DNA from: a virus | Taxonomy: Duplodnaviria; Caudoviricetes | Length of the DNA: 64,000 bases | Strand: one strand, 5' to 3' | Virus record (IMG/VR): IMGVR_UViG_3300037067_026422 | In this document: one piece after another, positions 10,554 to 21,741 of the stretch | Position numbering within the stretch: position 1 is the stretch's first letter | How the letters are laid out: every line of letters begins with the position of its first letter | The notes under the pieces: generated by a model | Seen by the model: the letters and a program-made list of their open reading frames with translations, nothing else | Database searches by the model: none | What the model was told of the DNA's origin: nothing | Program-made: the position numbers and the translations under genes

Positions 10554-10737
10554 ATGAGTAAATATTCGCAAAACTGAAGATGAATTTGATATCGAGGGTA
10601 ACTATGGTCAAAGCTTTGAAGTAGTAACTTGTGAGATTACAAGGCCTGAAGCCAAAGCAACCTTGAAAGACTACCGGAAAAATGAGCCCGGTATCCCTTT
10701 CCGAATCCGTAAGCATCGGGTACCAAAAGTAATATAG
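10554..10737 (+). pseudogene. Frameshifted small phage protein
   Basis: GGAG RBS and ATG 10554 stop after 7 codons. The adjacent frame continues IRKTEDEFDIEGNYGQ...KDYRKNEP to TAG 10737. A 2-nt insertion near 10564 would restore MSKYIRK. Confidence 0.55.
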
Positions 10738-10972
10738 GGAGGCTCTATGACTCAACCCATCAAAAAAGAACTTACCCAGGATGAAAAAAGAAGTATACTT
10801 CGTGTTTTAAAAGAACTTCCGGATAATGATAGCGTTATCCCTGCACTAATGGAAAAATATGGTTGTTCCCGTACAATTATCATGGGAATCCTTATTGAGG
10901 ATACCATAGCGGGTTTTACCCCACAAAGTGAACCTGATTCATCCAATTAATTTCAATAAAGGAAATGACCGC

Positions 10973-11311
10973 ATGAAAAAGATTATCCAGCATCAGATCA
11001 TTGATCATGGTGTCGAAGGTGAACAATACTTCCAGGGCTGTGGTACCTCCTTCACCGAATACTCAACAGTATATACTGGCATCGGTAATAGTGCCCATGA
11101 AGCTCTTGAGGATGCCCTTGAACAAGCAGCATGTTGCGACTGGGATATCGAAGGTATCGAGAATAAACTATCAGAAGATAATGACGTCCCAGAAATAGCG
11201 GAAGATTCGGATGAATCTTCTGACATGCATCATTATGTTTCTATCCGCGTTAAGGGGAATGATATGGATAATTACGTCACTGGCGTCAGTAACGATAAAG
11301 GGGCTCTATGA
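10973..11311 (+). CDS. Acidic hypothetical protein
   Basis: AAGGA RBS; motif YFQGCG...TGIG..A.EALEDALE. Confidence 0.75.
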   Translation: MKKIIQHQIIDHGVEGEQYFQGCGTSFTEYSTVYTGIGNSAHEALEDALEQAACCDWDIEGIENKLSEDNDVPEIAEDSDESSDMHHYVSIRVKGNDMDNYVTGVSNDKGAL

Positions 11312-11844
11312 TAAAGCGTATCAAGTTTACGGGTAAGTTTAAAGACCTTCCCCCTATGGGATACAAATTTCAAAAGCTTTATGCCAGAAACTACCGATGC
11401 TATCATGACTACGAAATAGGTAGCGGCATCGAGCATCCGTTTTGGATATGGCAAAAGGAACGCCGGTTTGAAATAGATGACTGGCACGGGCTGGAAGTTC
11501 CTATCGTAGAATTCTGTCAAACGCATACCCTTATACCCCGAACCGTTCCAATGGGTAAGTACAAACCAATGACCATTGATTACTTTAATCTGCTCTGCAA
11601 CCGTAAGACTTTAGAAGTACGTGAAAAAGTTTTCAAAACGGATGACCCTTCAAGGTTTTTCTTTATGGAAGATCGAGGAGAGATAACCAAGGAGCAAAGT
11701 ACGGCGCTCATTAAAGAACACTATGAAAACTACCGGGAGATATGTGTTAACCCTGTTAAGTTACTCGAACGATTGAACCGGTTCGAAGGTATGTATGAAA
11801 TAGTAGTTGATGAATGGCGTACCAAACATATGGAGGCTCTATGA
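11308..11844 (+). CDS. Hypothetical protein
   Basis: ATGA-coupled at both ends. Confidence 0.8.
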   Translation: MIKRIKFTGKFKDLPPMGYKFQKLYARNYRCYHDYEIGSGIEHPFWIWQKERRFEIDDWHGLEVPIVEFCQTHTLIPRTVPMGKYKPMTIDYFNLLCNRKTLEVREKVFKTDDPSRFFFMEDRGEITKEQSTALIKEHYENYREICVNPVKLLERLNRFEGMYEIVVDEWRTKHMEAL

Positions 11845-12152
11845 TAAAAAGAATCGATGTTAAAGGTGTTGCGGGTAACCCAATCCGTGTTCTTCTTATC
11901 CCGAAAGGGAATAAGTGCCCCTATATCATCAGTGATATACCCTGTCATGTAGACACGGTACAATTTTATGATCTCAAATATACCGAGAACTTCACCCCTG
12001 ATGGTCAGTATATCGGTGCTTACTATTCAAGTACACTGATAGAGAAAACCCCAAATACAGGTCTTGATCTGTATGGCAGTGAACCCTCATGGAAAATCAA
12101 TGCCAGTACTTTCAGTTTGATACAGGATTGGTTACTGTATCATACCACTTAA
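11841..12152 (+). CDS. Conserved phage hypothetical protein (paralog of 14771..15193, without the tag)
   Basis: Shared motif FYDL...TPDGQ.I...W.I...DW; GGAGG RBS. Confidence 0.8.
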   Translation: MIKRIDVKGVAGNPIRVLLIPKGNKCPYIISDIPCHVDTVQFYDLKYTENFTPDGQYIGAYYSSTLIEKTPNTGLDLYGSEPSWKINASTFSLIQDWLLYHTT

Positions 12153-13706
12153 GCAAGGAGACTCTAATGATATACGCCAAAGGTAATGTCGTCAATGGAA
12201 AGATGGTCCTTTCCGATGTTCAACAGATAGATCAATCAACTCTCACCTCTGACTGCTTCCTGATTCAGATTCAGGGAGCCTCTGCATGTACCACCTGCGA
12301 GAACCTTAATAAGCCCCGTATATGCGGGGGTATGAAGCTTCGGGAGAAATATGGGGTCCCAGCCCCTATCGTGAAGAAGCGCTAATATGAAAAAGCGTCG
12401 ATGGAATGAAATCAGTAGCAAAGCAACCGCATATCCATTCAATTATGACGAGAAAGGTCTTGCTGAAGCAACAGCTGTTGCTTCAGAGATAGGGGGTACG
12501 GTAGAGATTTATACTGCAGGATTTCATCATAACTATGTTGTAAAAGCGGCATGGATGTATTTCAACGGATGGCCTAAGGAGGTTCTATGAGTATCCAACA
12601 CTCAGTATTTCTTCGACCGGTGGGTAAAGATAAAGTCCTGCTCCTCACAATCGTAGACAGAGACACACTACCCATAGAGGATGACTGCTTTATCATGGCT
12701 ACCACCACAGCAAGCGTACACACCAACTTCAATCCTTCCATAACCCTTGAGATGACATCCAAGCTTGAATCCAAAGAGTATACCTCTGCAACCAATGAGC
12801 CGGATACCCACGGAGAGAGTATTTCAGGTATCCTCAAAAGGCCCTTATGGTTTATACGTAAATTCAAGTCTTTGATGGAACAAATGTACGGATAACAGGA
12901 GGCTCTATGAATATAAGATTTGTGCTTAGTCACATGAACAAAGACGGTATGCGTCGAATGACCTCTGCCCTGCAGGGTCGTAACACCCATGCTACCAAAG
13001 AAGAAGCTCAGAAATATCTTAAGAACTTTATCACGAATAACAGCGAGGAGAATCTCATAGGAATCTTCGGCAAGCAAAGTATCGGGACTTTTGAAGTATC
13101 CGCTATGGAGTGCTATCCGGAGCATAATGATCCGAAAGGCTGCTTTATACAGCGGGAACTCAATCCCGATCAGACTATCCTGATCGGAAAGATAAAAGAA
13201 ATCATTGAAGGTATACGTGAGAAGGCTCTATGAGAACAAAAGAACCAATGATATGGGATCGGGTATTCGCGGCAGATGATGCCATGGAAATCCCTGCGGG
13301 TACTCCGGTCGAATGGCACGAAAAGAACAAAGCCTACTACGTGAAACCGGAGTTTTTTGCGGATAAAGATGTTCTTCCCCAGGATGCAATATACTTGGGG
13401 TGCAAAGTAGCTTCTAACAATGTTACCTGTGATGGTATAAATTTGTGTGAACATCTTAAGGATGTAACCAAATGCCCTGATGTAACATGCCCTCGTAAAT
13501 GAAGGAGGCTCTATGCCACAACTCAATCCTGATCAGTTAAAAAAGCGGGGAGCAATTCTTGAAGATATGCTTGCAATCTTCAAGAAGCAACATCCGTGGA
13601 TAATAACAAGAGAAGAACTTGTTGCAGAATTTACGGAGTTCATGGAATCCAAACCTGAAAGAATAAGAATCATCAATGCTCTTGCAGCAACAGCATAGGA
13701 GGTTCT

Positions 13707-14153
13707 ATGAAAAAGCCTAAGATAAATAAGATCCTACGAGGTTCTATCAAAAAGCCTGCAGTAAAGAAGAAAACTAAACAAGGTTCTAAGATAGAGCTAT
13801 ACCTCAATCCCCGTCAGATAAGATCCCTGATCAGTCAAGCTGAAAAAGAAGGTGAAGTAATCGTCATCCGATGTCTCAGAAAAACCCCTGCATCCAAGCC
13901 CGGAGGACCTGATCAGGGGCAAGTCTATGATCTTCACTGTACTACTAAGCCAGCAAATTATAAGGCTGCTTCTTCTGCCGGTATGCGTAAGATAGAAGAC
14001 AAAAAGAATGGAGTTTTAACGGTGTTCGTTACCAACCGTCAGGATGAACTTACCAAACAGTGGGGGGCATGGCGACGGGTGAATCTTGAAGCAGTACAGA
14101 AAGTAACGTATAAAGCCATTGACTACGAAGTAAAATCATCTACATCCAAATGA
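13707..14153 (+). CDS. Basic hypothetical protein
   Basis: GGAGG RBS; Lys-rich N-terminus; three palindrome copies within its first ~95 bp. Confidence 0.8.
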   Translation: MKKPKINKILRGSIKKPAVKKKTKQGSKIELYLNPRQIRSLISQAEKEGEVIVIRCLRKTPASKPGGPDQGQVYDLHCTTKPANYKAASSAGMRKIEDKKNGVLTVFVTNRQDELTKQWGAWRRVNLEAVQKVTYKAIDYEVKSSTSK

Positions 14154-14163
14154 GGAGAATGAT

Positions 14164-14754
14164 ATGAGTGAACCTATTGGAATTTGTATCGAGATTGGGG
14201 GGACCCTTCCTGTATCCTTGATAGAGGCCTTTCTTGAAGAAGTCTATACTGACATAGATAATCTTAATGGACCGGATTCAAAGGAAGAAATTATTGAGCT
14301 GTCGAATACAGATTGTATCCGATATGACGGTACAGCCAATTATGGCCTGTGTAATGAACTCACAAAGTTCTGTCAGGAGCATAATCTGCAATGGATACAG
14401 CACTCTGAAGCCAGTGGTGAGTACAATGCTGATACTGCATACTGGAAACCGGGTATGAAAGAACCGGAATCCTTCAGGACCGATGCCGAAAATAATGCTG
14501 TGTTGCGTGCCGATGAAATTCGTCCGCTGGTATATTTGCTTCGTGATCTTATCATCGAGGGGGAAGCAACACTCCCTAAATATATCAATGAAAAGGATGA
14601 AAGGGTCAAAGAATTGGTGGTGGCGGGTCTTAAGGCTAAAAATGGAATAACCCATGCTTCAAGATTCGTCCGGAAGCTTGATATGCTGATCGGGGATCTT
14701 ATTCCAATAGATCCGGAAGACGTCCCAAACATCATAATTGATCTCGGTAAATAA
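14164..14754 (+). CDS. Hypothetical protein with tag-like module (related to 21799..22467)
   Basis: LPKYINEKDERVKELV; N-terminal region resembles the ORF at 21799. Confidence 0.8.
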   Translation: MSEPIGICIEIGGTLPVSLIEAFLEEVYTDIDNLNGPDSKEEIIELSNTDCIRYDGTANYGLCNELTKFCQEHNLQWIQHSEASGEYNADTAYWKPGMKEPESFRTDAENNAVLRADEIRPLVYLLRDLIIEGEATLPKYINEKDERVKELVVAGLKAKNGITHASRFVRKLDMLIGDLIPIDPEDVPNIIIDLGK

Positions 14755-14770
14755 CTTAGGAGGCTCTACC

Positions 14771-15193
14771 ATGCCATTAAGGATGGATATACTTGGTGCT
14801 ACCGGGATCGGTATGCGTGCTATACTCCTGCTCAAGAATGAAAACTGTCCTAATCATAACAACTTTGCCAAGGAGGACTTGATTGAGTTTTATGATCTTC
14901 GGGGGGATCAAACACCTGATGGTCAGTTCATCATAGCAATACCTCTGAAAGCACTTAATGAAGAAAGGCATACCGGAGATACATTAGTCTTAAATGATAG
15001 TACAAAGGAATGGCAGATCAATGATCGAGTCAAAGGTATGGTCATTGATTGGGCTGAATATATCTTATACCAAACCTTAAAAGAAATAGGGTGTCTGCCC
15101 AAGGATGACCTACCCAAGAATGATCCGCCCATGAACGCTCAACAACATGCTATAAGCATGATCAGATACTTTTGTTTGAAGGAGGTTCTATGA
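14771..15193 (+). CDS. Paralog of 11841..12152 with a C-terminal extension
   Basis: Same core plus CLPKDDLPK...MIRYFCLKE. Confidence 0.8.
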   Translation: MPLRMDILGATGIGMRAILLLKNENCPNHNNFAKEDLIEFYDLRGDQTPDGQFIIAIPLKALNEERHTGDTLVLNDSTKEWQINDRVKGMVIDWAEYILYQTLKEIGCLPKDDLPKNDPPMNAQQHAISMIRYFCLKEVL

Positions 15194-15424
15194 AGAAAGT
15201 CTTAATCCAAGTAGTCGGTGGTGTCGCCGAAATTGTAGCCAAGCCAGCAGATGTCGAGGTCGAGATCAAAGATTTCGACAATGAGCCCAACGTTGCTGAC
15301 TTCTCGGCAGAAGATGTGCAGGAAGCCATCGAGTCCTGAGGCTCTAACCAAGATCCTATGATATCACTGAGGAGGGAGGTTCTTCATTAGAACCTCCCTC
15401 CTCCTCAAAAAGGAATACTATACA

Positions 15425-15700
15425 ATGGATACACAACTGATAAGTGACATAGACACTACAACCATCATGGGGAAACCTTATAAGGTGATACTTCATAATG
15501 ATGAATGTCATGAGATGCTGGAAGTCGTAGGACAAATCATCAAAGCTATACACTGTACTTATGAGCATGCTGTCAACATCATGATGGAAGCCCATAGTTC
15601 TGGTACGGCTGTTGTATTCACTGGCGGCAAAGAACGTTGTGAACTTGTTGCTGAAATCCTTGAACAGATCAAACTTACTACTGATATTATTCCGGCATGA
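15425..15700 (+). CDS. clpS: ATP-dependent Clp protease adaptor ClpS-like protein
   Basis: PYKVILHND..H....V...I...A..IM.EAH..G.AVV..G..E.CE matches the ClpS core. Confidence 0.85.
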   Translation: MDTQLISDIDTTTIMGKPYKVILHNDECHEMLEVVGQIIKAIHCTYEHAVNIMMEAHSSGTAVVFTGGKERCELVAEILEQIKLTTDIIPA

Positions 15701-15717
15701 TATATGAGGGAGGTTCT

Positions 15718-16143
15718 ATGGAAAAAGCTTTTAGCTATGGAAGAACAAGACTTACATCACTTGATAAGCTTAAGAAAGATATTACCATCCTCACCAATCA
15801 GATACATATAGTAGAAACGATCCCTTTTGATGTCCCTGTATGTCTTACACTTGAAGTGAGTGTAAAAGGGTTCCTAACTCCTGTAACGAATAGATGTGTA
15901 GCAACCCTCTCAAGTATATACATATTATTATTAGCTAATGAAGAAGAACGTATCGAGTTTAGTTGTCATTACTATGCTCATGAAAAGAAAGATCTCTTTG
16001 CTTTCTCTGATGCAATCTTACTGCCATTAAGACATATCAAAGATTATAAAGTTCTAAATAAGAATGATCTTCCCTTGCTTATGAACTGGGAAGTTAAAAG
16101 CGATACTTTCCACACACTCTACGAATCCAAGGAGGCTCTATGA
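15718..16143 (+). CDS. Hypothetical protein, tag subtype B
   Basis: IKDYKVLNKNDLPLLMNWEVKSDTF. Confidence 0.75.
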   Translation: MEKAFSYGRTRLTSLDKLKKDITILTNQIHIVETIPFDVPVCLTLEVSVKGFLTPVTNRCVATLSSIYILLLANEEERIEFSCHYYAHEKKDLFAFSDAILLPLRHIKDYKVLNKNDLPLLMNWEVKSDTFHTLYESKEAL

Positions 16144-16370
16144 AAGATACTCTTCATGTCGGGGATACTGTTATGTGGCGAGGAGGATTCGGGAATCATG
16201 CTCCTCTTCCTGCCAAAGTCACCCATATTGAGAAGACAGAAACACGTAATCAGAAATCAGGCTCTTCAGTAGATACTCTTCCGTGGGGTGAGGTGCCCTG
16301 TTCAGTGGTCAATCTTGACAATGGACATTGGGCATATGGAGATCAAATAAGTCCGAAGGAGTAAAAGGAT

Positions 16371-17000
16371 ATGGCTAATATCTGTAGCAATTATCTTATC
16401 ATCACTGGAGATCAGGATCAAATTGAGGATCTATATAAGAGACTCATGGATCAAGATCCGGCGCTAATAGAGACTGTCCCTAACTTTGAAGTAAGAAATC
16501 ACTCTGATTATTGCATACTCGATAAAGAATATATCACTCATACTGAAAGGGTTGATATAAGTTTTGACTTTGGCAGTCGATGGAATTGTCCACTTGATGA
16601 GATCCATACCCTCTCTTTAGAGTATCCTGATCTTGAGTTCCGATTGAACTATGAGGAAGGAGGCAATGATTACTTCGGGGAAGCACTCATACAAAATGGC
16701 TCATGTGACTCAAATGATCTTACGGAACGTAATTATCATGAAAGGCATCATATGGGGTATCAAAAAGAACTTGCCATACTAAATGATTGCTCGTATGAAA
16801 AGTTCTTGAGTGAGTATACTCATGGTAACTTCATGGATGAACATCCTTATGCCATGATCGACCGTAATGTGGTAGCACGCATCAAAGATAAGGATCTTGC
16901 CTTGTTCATCTCCCGGCAATGGTTAGATGATGAGGCTAAAGAAGAATACCAACGACGGCTCTCCAGAGGATCTACTGAAGAACCTGAAACTGAGGAGTGA
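16371..17000 (+). CDS. DUF1281/YubB-like ferredoxin-fold protein with C-terminal tag
   Basis: M.N.C.N.L.ITG...F.SRW.CP...YPDLEF.L.YEE.G; ends KDLALFISRQW...RRLSRG. Confidence 0.7.
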   Translation: MANICSNYLIITGDQDQIEDLYKRLMDQDPALIETVPNFEVRNHSDYCILDKEYITHTERVDISFDFGSRWNCPLDEIHTLSLEYPDLEFRLNYEEGGNDYFGEALIQNGSCDSNDLTERNYHERHHMGYQKELAILNDCSYEKFLSEYTHGNFMDEHPYAMIDRNVVARIKDKDLALFISRQWLDDEAKEEYQRRLSRGSTEEPETEE

Positions 17001-17470
17001 ATATGTATGAAGTCCTGACAAATAAACAATACCGCAAGCTCACTGCTGAAGATCAGATAGTTGAATTGAAGAAGTGGTTATCGGATCAACTTGATAATCA
17101 TTGTGCAGTGATGAGATCTGTATCAGGTACTTTGATAGAAGCTGATCCGGAGATAGAAGAAGCTATCGGTGCAGATCTTAATGAGCTTCCTACCATGATC
17201 AATGATTATGAAGAAGGTACAGCAGCAAACTTCATCGTAAAGTATCGTCTTGCTAATGCTATTGAAGACTGTGATGACAGTATCCTTGATACAGATGAGT
17301 TCGGAAAAGTCGTTATGAAACTTCTAAGTAACAGTGAATATGAGAGCGAAGAAGATATCAATATTATACGATCGCATAAATCCTTCTGCTCGGATATGAT
17401 CACGGTATGCCTGATCTTTGGCTATGAGGATCTAAGGAAGAGCTTCATAGCCTGGCACCCAAATCTATAA
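16997..17470 (+). CDS. Hypothetical protein with internal tag module
   Basis: DLNELPTMINDYEEGTAANFIVKYRL. Confidence 0.75.
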   Translation: MNMYEVLTNKQYRKLTAEDQIVELKKWLSDQLDNHCAVMRSVSGTLIEADPEIEEAIGADLNELPTMINDYEEGTAANFIVKYRLANAIEDCDDSILDTDEFGKVVMKLLSNSEYESEEDINIIRSHKSFCSDMITVCLIFGYEDLRKSFIAWHPNL

Positions 17471-17479
17471 GGAGGTTCT

Positions 17480-17848
17480 ATGAAAGTGCCTTCTAATCTT
17501 GCCCTGCTCATCAACAATGATCGCAAAGATATAAATGAAACGATCAAGCTTATCCTTAAAAACCCTGAAGATCATATCAATAACATGATACTGCTTTCGA
17601 AAATCTGCAGCATAAAGATCAAGTTCAAATCTCCGGTAGTGATCATGGCAGCAAAGAGAAAGCCACTTATTAACCTGCTTGAATATATCTTCAACAATCT
17701 GTTCCTTCATGAAGACTATGGGCTTTGTTATGCCTTAAAAGATAACTGCCGAAATGGATATCGAATACCTGGAGAAATAAAATCTTATGAACCTGTGCTT
17801 AATTCGATAGATCCATTTAATATCTATGAATCTGTAAAAATTAATTAG
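17480..17848 (+). CDS. Hypothetical protein; tandem paralog of the N-terminal half of 17863..18609
   Basis: Both begin M(K/Q)VP..L...ETIK.IL..P..H..N.I.LSK.C..KIKF. Confidence 0.8.
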   Translation: MKVPSNLALLINNDRKDINETIKLILKNPEDHINNMILLSKICSIKIKFKSPVVIMAAKRKPLINLLEYIFNNLFLHEDYGLCYALKDNCRNGYRIPGEIKSYEPVLNSIDPFNIYESVKIN

Positions 17849-17862
17849 TGTAAGGAGGCTCT

Positions 17863-18609
17863 ATGCAAGTGCCTAACACGTTACCGATAATGCTTGGTCA
17901 GGGTAATGATGAAACTATCAAGATGATACTCACTGAACCCGATAACCACTTACAGAATATCATCCGGCTGTCTAAAGTATGCAAAGTCAAGATCAAATTT
18001 AATCGTCCTTTCACCGTGTACGCCAATCGACGGCACGCTATCAAAGACGTAACCGATTACATCTTCAATGGGTTTTTCCAACTTGGTAATGATCTCTGTT
18101 ATCTGTTCAAGGGTAATGGTCGGCAAGGTCAGTATCTTCCTTTAAGTATTATAGAGTCTTATGAGCCTGTACTTACTTCAGTAAATACATTCACCAGTTT
18201 GGAACAGTTCAAGAAAAAGTTTGATACCTTCTTCATCACCAATGAATTGATCGAAAAGCTATATAGCGAAAAATCTGCTCAGACTGGTGACAAGTATAAA
18301 CCTTCCGACTTCAAGCCTATCAGTACAGCAGGTAAGGAAGCTTTGAGGGTTTTTCTTAGAAGATTCAAGGGTGTCGATGATACCGATAAAACTGGATATA
18401 CTGAATGGAAAGATACTGAGGGCAAACCCTACTACGTTTGCGACGGATCCTACTATGGGCGGGGGGGTGGTACAAGTCGGGATATCCGTATAAGTCACCA
18501 GTTTGGATTTAACAGAGTATCATACTCCAGTGAATTTCATGGATGTGGAAACGGGCGCTATGGGATACTTGCCACACGCTCAACATATCTATGGCTTGAA
18601 GATGATTGA
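17863..18609 (+). CDS. Hypothetical protein
   Basis: 248 aa; GGAGG RBS; ends YSSEF.GCGNG.Y.....LEDD. Confidence 0.85.
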   Translation: MQVPNTLPIMLGQGNDETIKMILTEPDNHLQNIIRLSKVCKVKIKFNRPFTVYANRRHAIKDVTDYIFNGFFQLGNDLCYLFKGNGRQGQYLPLSIIESYEPVLTSVNTFTSLEQFKKKFDTFFITNELIEKLYSEKSAQTGDKYKPSDFKPISTAGKEALRVFLRRFKGVDDTDKTGYTEWKDTEGKPYYVCDGSYYGRGGGTSRDIRISHQFGFNRVSYSSEFHGCGNGRYGILATRSTYLWLEDD

Positions 18610-19061
18610 TCCCTTATACCGACACAGGAGGCTCTTTGAAAGATCCAGCAGTCAAACTCAAAAAGATTCGGGACACTCTGATCAAAGATGCCCGTGATAA
18701 TATCACTACTGTCATTGAAAGATTCTCTATCAATGCAGCTGAACCTGACATCAGAGTCAATTACAAAACACCAAAGAGTAAACTCCCCTTATTCTCCGAA
18801 GGATCTTATGGGGAAACTAATAAGATCCTTGCTACTGCCATGCTTAATGGGGAACCTGATCCTATATTCTCGGAAGCCGTTTATGAGGCTCTATCACAGA
18901 GTGTAGAGGAAACCTTCATAAATGATGACCATAGTAGTATAGAAGTCCTCAACTACTGTCAGGGTAAATTATATATAATCTCTTCCATCCTCAAACAAAT
19001 AGGGGAAAGAAAAGTATCAGATATCTGCTATCAATGGGCAATGCTTGGAGCGGACTAAAAA

Positions 19062-19154
19062 TGCAACATAGATTAAATTTTCTGCATGGTATGAATAGAT
19101 ACCCCATCACACTATAAGTTCTTACTTGATAAATTTACTCTAAAAAAGTATATT
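19062..19154 (+). promoter_or_regulatory. Bipartite TGCAACATAG motif (19062) plus sigma70-like TTGATA-N17-TATATT (19126-19154)
   Basis: Both motifs lie upstream of the AAA/VWA operon. Confidence 0.7.
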
Positions 19155-19183
19155 AATACTCATTAACAGGAGGCTTACTTATT

Positions 19184-20392
19184 ATGGCTACTTTCAATGT
19201 TACTCAAACTATTGATCTTCTCAAGAACATGCCCGTAGAAATTGCTATCCTTATCTCTGGTAATCATGGGATAGGAAAATCCCAGATCGTGAAACAAGCC
19301 GCTACACAACTCGGAGTCCCCTGTGTAGATTTCCGGTTGAGTCAAAATGATGTCGGTGATCTCAAAGGTATGCCCTTCCATGTTAAAGGTCGGACTGTTT
19401 TTGCTATCCCTGAGTTCTTCCCGCTCAAAGAGTCCGATGCCCTTGAACTCAAAGATCTTCTCAATCTCACCGAAAACATTTCTATCGGAAGATACGGTGA
19501 GAAAGGTATCCTGTTCCTTGATGAAATCAACCGTGCCAACCCCGAAGTACAACAGGCAGCTTTTGAACTGGTACTGGATCGCCGTTTGAATCTTCGATCC
19601 CTGCCGGATGGCTGGCGGGTGGTCGCTGCCATCAATGGTGATGACAGTATCTATCGGGTTAATGAAATGGAACCGGCATTTTTATCCCGGTTCTTTTTGG
19701 TGGACTTCGTACCGACTCAACAGGAATGGCTCCGTTGGGCTAATGATAACGAACTTCATGAATCAGTCATCCAGTTCATCACCAAGAAACCAGAGTTCCT
19801 TGATCCGCATCCAGATGCAATCAAAGAAGCTGCCAAGCAAGGTGTAGTCAAGCTGCATGACCGCAGATCATGGGAGAAGTTTTCAACCACTCTCAAGAAA
19901 TTTGAGAAAGACTTTGAAGCAGGCAACAGACCTATGGCTCCCCTGACCAAAAATGAAGATGCCTATTCGTTTCTTGTCCTTCTTGCTTCCGGCTTCGTCG
20001 GGAGTACAGCCGCCCTCTCCTTCAAATCCTTCGTGGAACTGGATTACAATGCTCTTGATGCCAATACCATCCTCAATAAGTTTGATAAGGATGTGAAAGA
20101 AAAGCTCCAGAACATCGTGAAGATTGGTCGTATCCCAGAACTCGCTGCATACAATGAACTGATCATTTCTTATATCGCCAAGAACAAGATTACAAAGTTC
20201 TCGGCGAAACAAAAATCAGGTCTTACGTCGTATGTAGAGATACTGCCTATGGAGATGCGTGCAGATCTATGGCAGAAACTTAATCAGGATCACAAGGAAG
20301 TATCTGAAGACTGGTATGAAGATGAGAAGCCCCAGAATTTAATCATGGCTGCTCTGATCAATCCGAAGGCTGGCAAGAAAGCAAAAGCATAA
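19184..20392 (+). CDS. MoxR-like AAA+ ATPase (AAA_5 type)
   Basis: Walker A GNHGIGKS; Walker B ILFLDEINRA; VVAAIN sensor; PAFLSRF Arg finger. Confidence 0.92.
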   Translation: MATFNVTQTIDLLKNMPVEIAILISGNHGIGKSQIVKQAATQLGVPCVDFRLSQNDVGDLKGMPFHVKGRTVFAIPEFFPLKESDALELKDLLNLTENISIGRYGEKGILFLDEINRANPEVQQAAFELVLDRRLNLRSLPDGWRVVAAINGDDSIYRVNEMEPAFLSRFFLVDFVPTQQEWLRWANDNELHESVIQFITKKPEFLDPHPDAIKEAAKQGVVKLHDRRSWEKFSTTLKKFEKDFEAGNRPMAPLTKNEDAYSFLVLLASGFVGSTAALSFKSFVELDYNALDANTILNKFDKDVKEKLQNIVKIGRIPELAAYNELIISYIAKNKITKFSAKQKSGLTSYVEILPMEMRADLWQKLNQDHKEVSEDWYEDEKPQNLIMAALINPKAGKKAKA

Positions 20393-20464
20393 GTGACTCT
20401 CCTGTTTAAAGGGAAGCACTTATGTTTCCCTCACTCCTTACTCTTTTAAACTGGAGATGACTCT

Positions 20465-21712
20465 ATGAAAGACGAACTCAACGACAAAAAGTTTTCTAAC
20501 TTCCATCAGAGATGGGAATGGTTAATAGCTTTCATGACCGTGGAAGATCTCTTCGTTCATGAGATACTCATGATCATGGATAAACGTCGTAATGATGCTG
20601 TCAAAACTATGGGTGTCCGCATAGAGGGTACACGTATCATACTTGAGTATTGTTTACCGTGGACTGAATCTTTATCTGATCCGGAACTAAGATATGTCAT
20701 CACTCATGAAGTATATCACTTGATCCTGCATCATTGTACGATACGCCTTCCCTTTGACCTGAAGGATCGAAAGCTATACAATCAAGCTGCGGATCTTGCC
20801 ATCAACTCAATGATCCCTACCAGTAGCTATCGCACCATGCCGAAGGATAAAGAAGGCAAGGTAATAGGTCTTCTCCCTGAAACCCTTGGTTTCGACAAGA
20901 TGCTTTCAATGGAACAATATGTACAACTCATTAGGGATAAGCAGGATGAACAGAAAGGAGACGGTAGTGGAGAGGGTGATGGACAAGGGGGTGGAGATGG
21001 TGATGGACAAGGGGGTGGAGATGGTGATGGACACGGCGGATTCGATAATCATGATGGCTGGAAAGAAGAAGAAGTCATCAAAGAAATAGTCCGGAACAAA
21101 ATAATGGATCTCGCCAAGAATGAACGTGTCTGGGGGAAGATGCCCGGTGATATCAAAGCCCTGATCATGGCAGCACAAACTACAACTGTTTCATGGGAAC
21201 GATATCTCAAATATTATATCGGTCGTATGGCTTCCCCTGCTAAAGTCCGCACCATGAAACGACCAGATAAACGATTCGGATTCCCGTACTGCGGTACAAG
21301 AAGAAAATATGTAGACCGGAAACTGGTAGCTATCGATACTTCAGGCTCTATTGGTGATGATGAACTCTCTCAGTTCCTTGCAGAAGTGAATCGCTTAGCT
21401 GAAATACATCCTGTCGATCTCGTCCTCTTCGATGATGGGATACAATTAGGCCCCATATCCTTTCACCGCAAGCATGCAACCTTTGACTTCAAAGGTCGTG
21501 GTGGTACAGACTTCAGTAAAGTCTTTGAACTCGCCTCTGAAAGAAAGTACCAATCAGTGATCATGCTTACTGATGGATGTGCTGGTGCCCCTGAGTATCC
21601 TCAAGGAGTCAAAGATGTTTTATGGGTACTGACTGGCTCCGGTAATCCCCCCGTAGAATGGGGAGAAAGAGTTCGCATCACCCCGAAGAACAGTATGGCA
21701 AAAGCCGCATAG
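20465..21712 (+). CDS. DUF2201-type putative metallopeptidase with VWA domain
   Basis: HEVYH (HEXXH); Gly/Asp linker; MIDAS DTSGS, GRGGTDF and LTDG. This is the usual partner of the AAA gene. Confidence 0.9.
   Translation: MKDELNDKKFSNFHQRWEWLIAFMTVEDLFVHEILMIMDKRRNDAVKTMGVRIEGTRIILEYCLPWTESLSDPELRYVITHEVYHLILHHCTIRLPFDLKDRKLYNQAADLAINSMIPTSSYRTMPKDKEGKVIGLLPETLGFDKMLSMEQYVQLIRDKQDEQKGDGSGEGDGQGGGDGDGQGGGDGDGHGGFDNHDGWKEEEVIKEIVRNKIMDLAKNERVWGKMPGDIKALIMAAQTTTVSWERYLKYYIGRMASPAKVRTMKRPDKRFGFPYCGTRRKYVDRKLVAIDTSGSIGDDELSQFLAEVNRLAEIHPVDLVLFDDGIQLGPISFHRKHATFDFKGRGGTDFSKVFELASERKYQSVIMLTDGCAGAPEYPQGVKDVLWVLTGSGNPPVEWGERVRITPKNSMAKAA
20975..21033 (+). repeat. 24-bp tandem repeat encoding the GDGQGGGD linker
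   Basis: GGTGATGGACAAGGGGGTGGAGAT about 2.5 times. Confidence 0.85.
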
Positions 21713-21741
21713 TAATCAATGAAACCTTAATCAATCTGATT

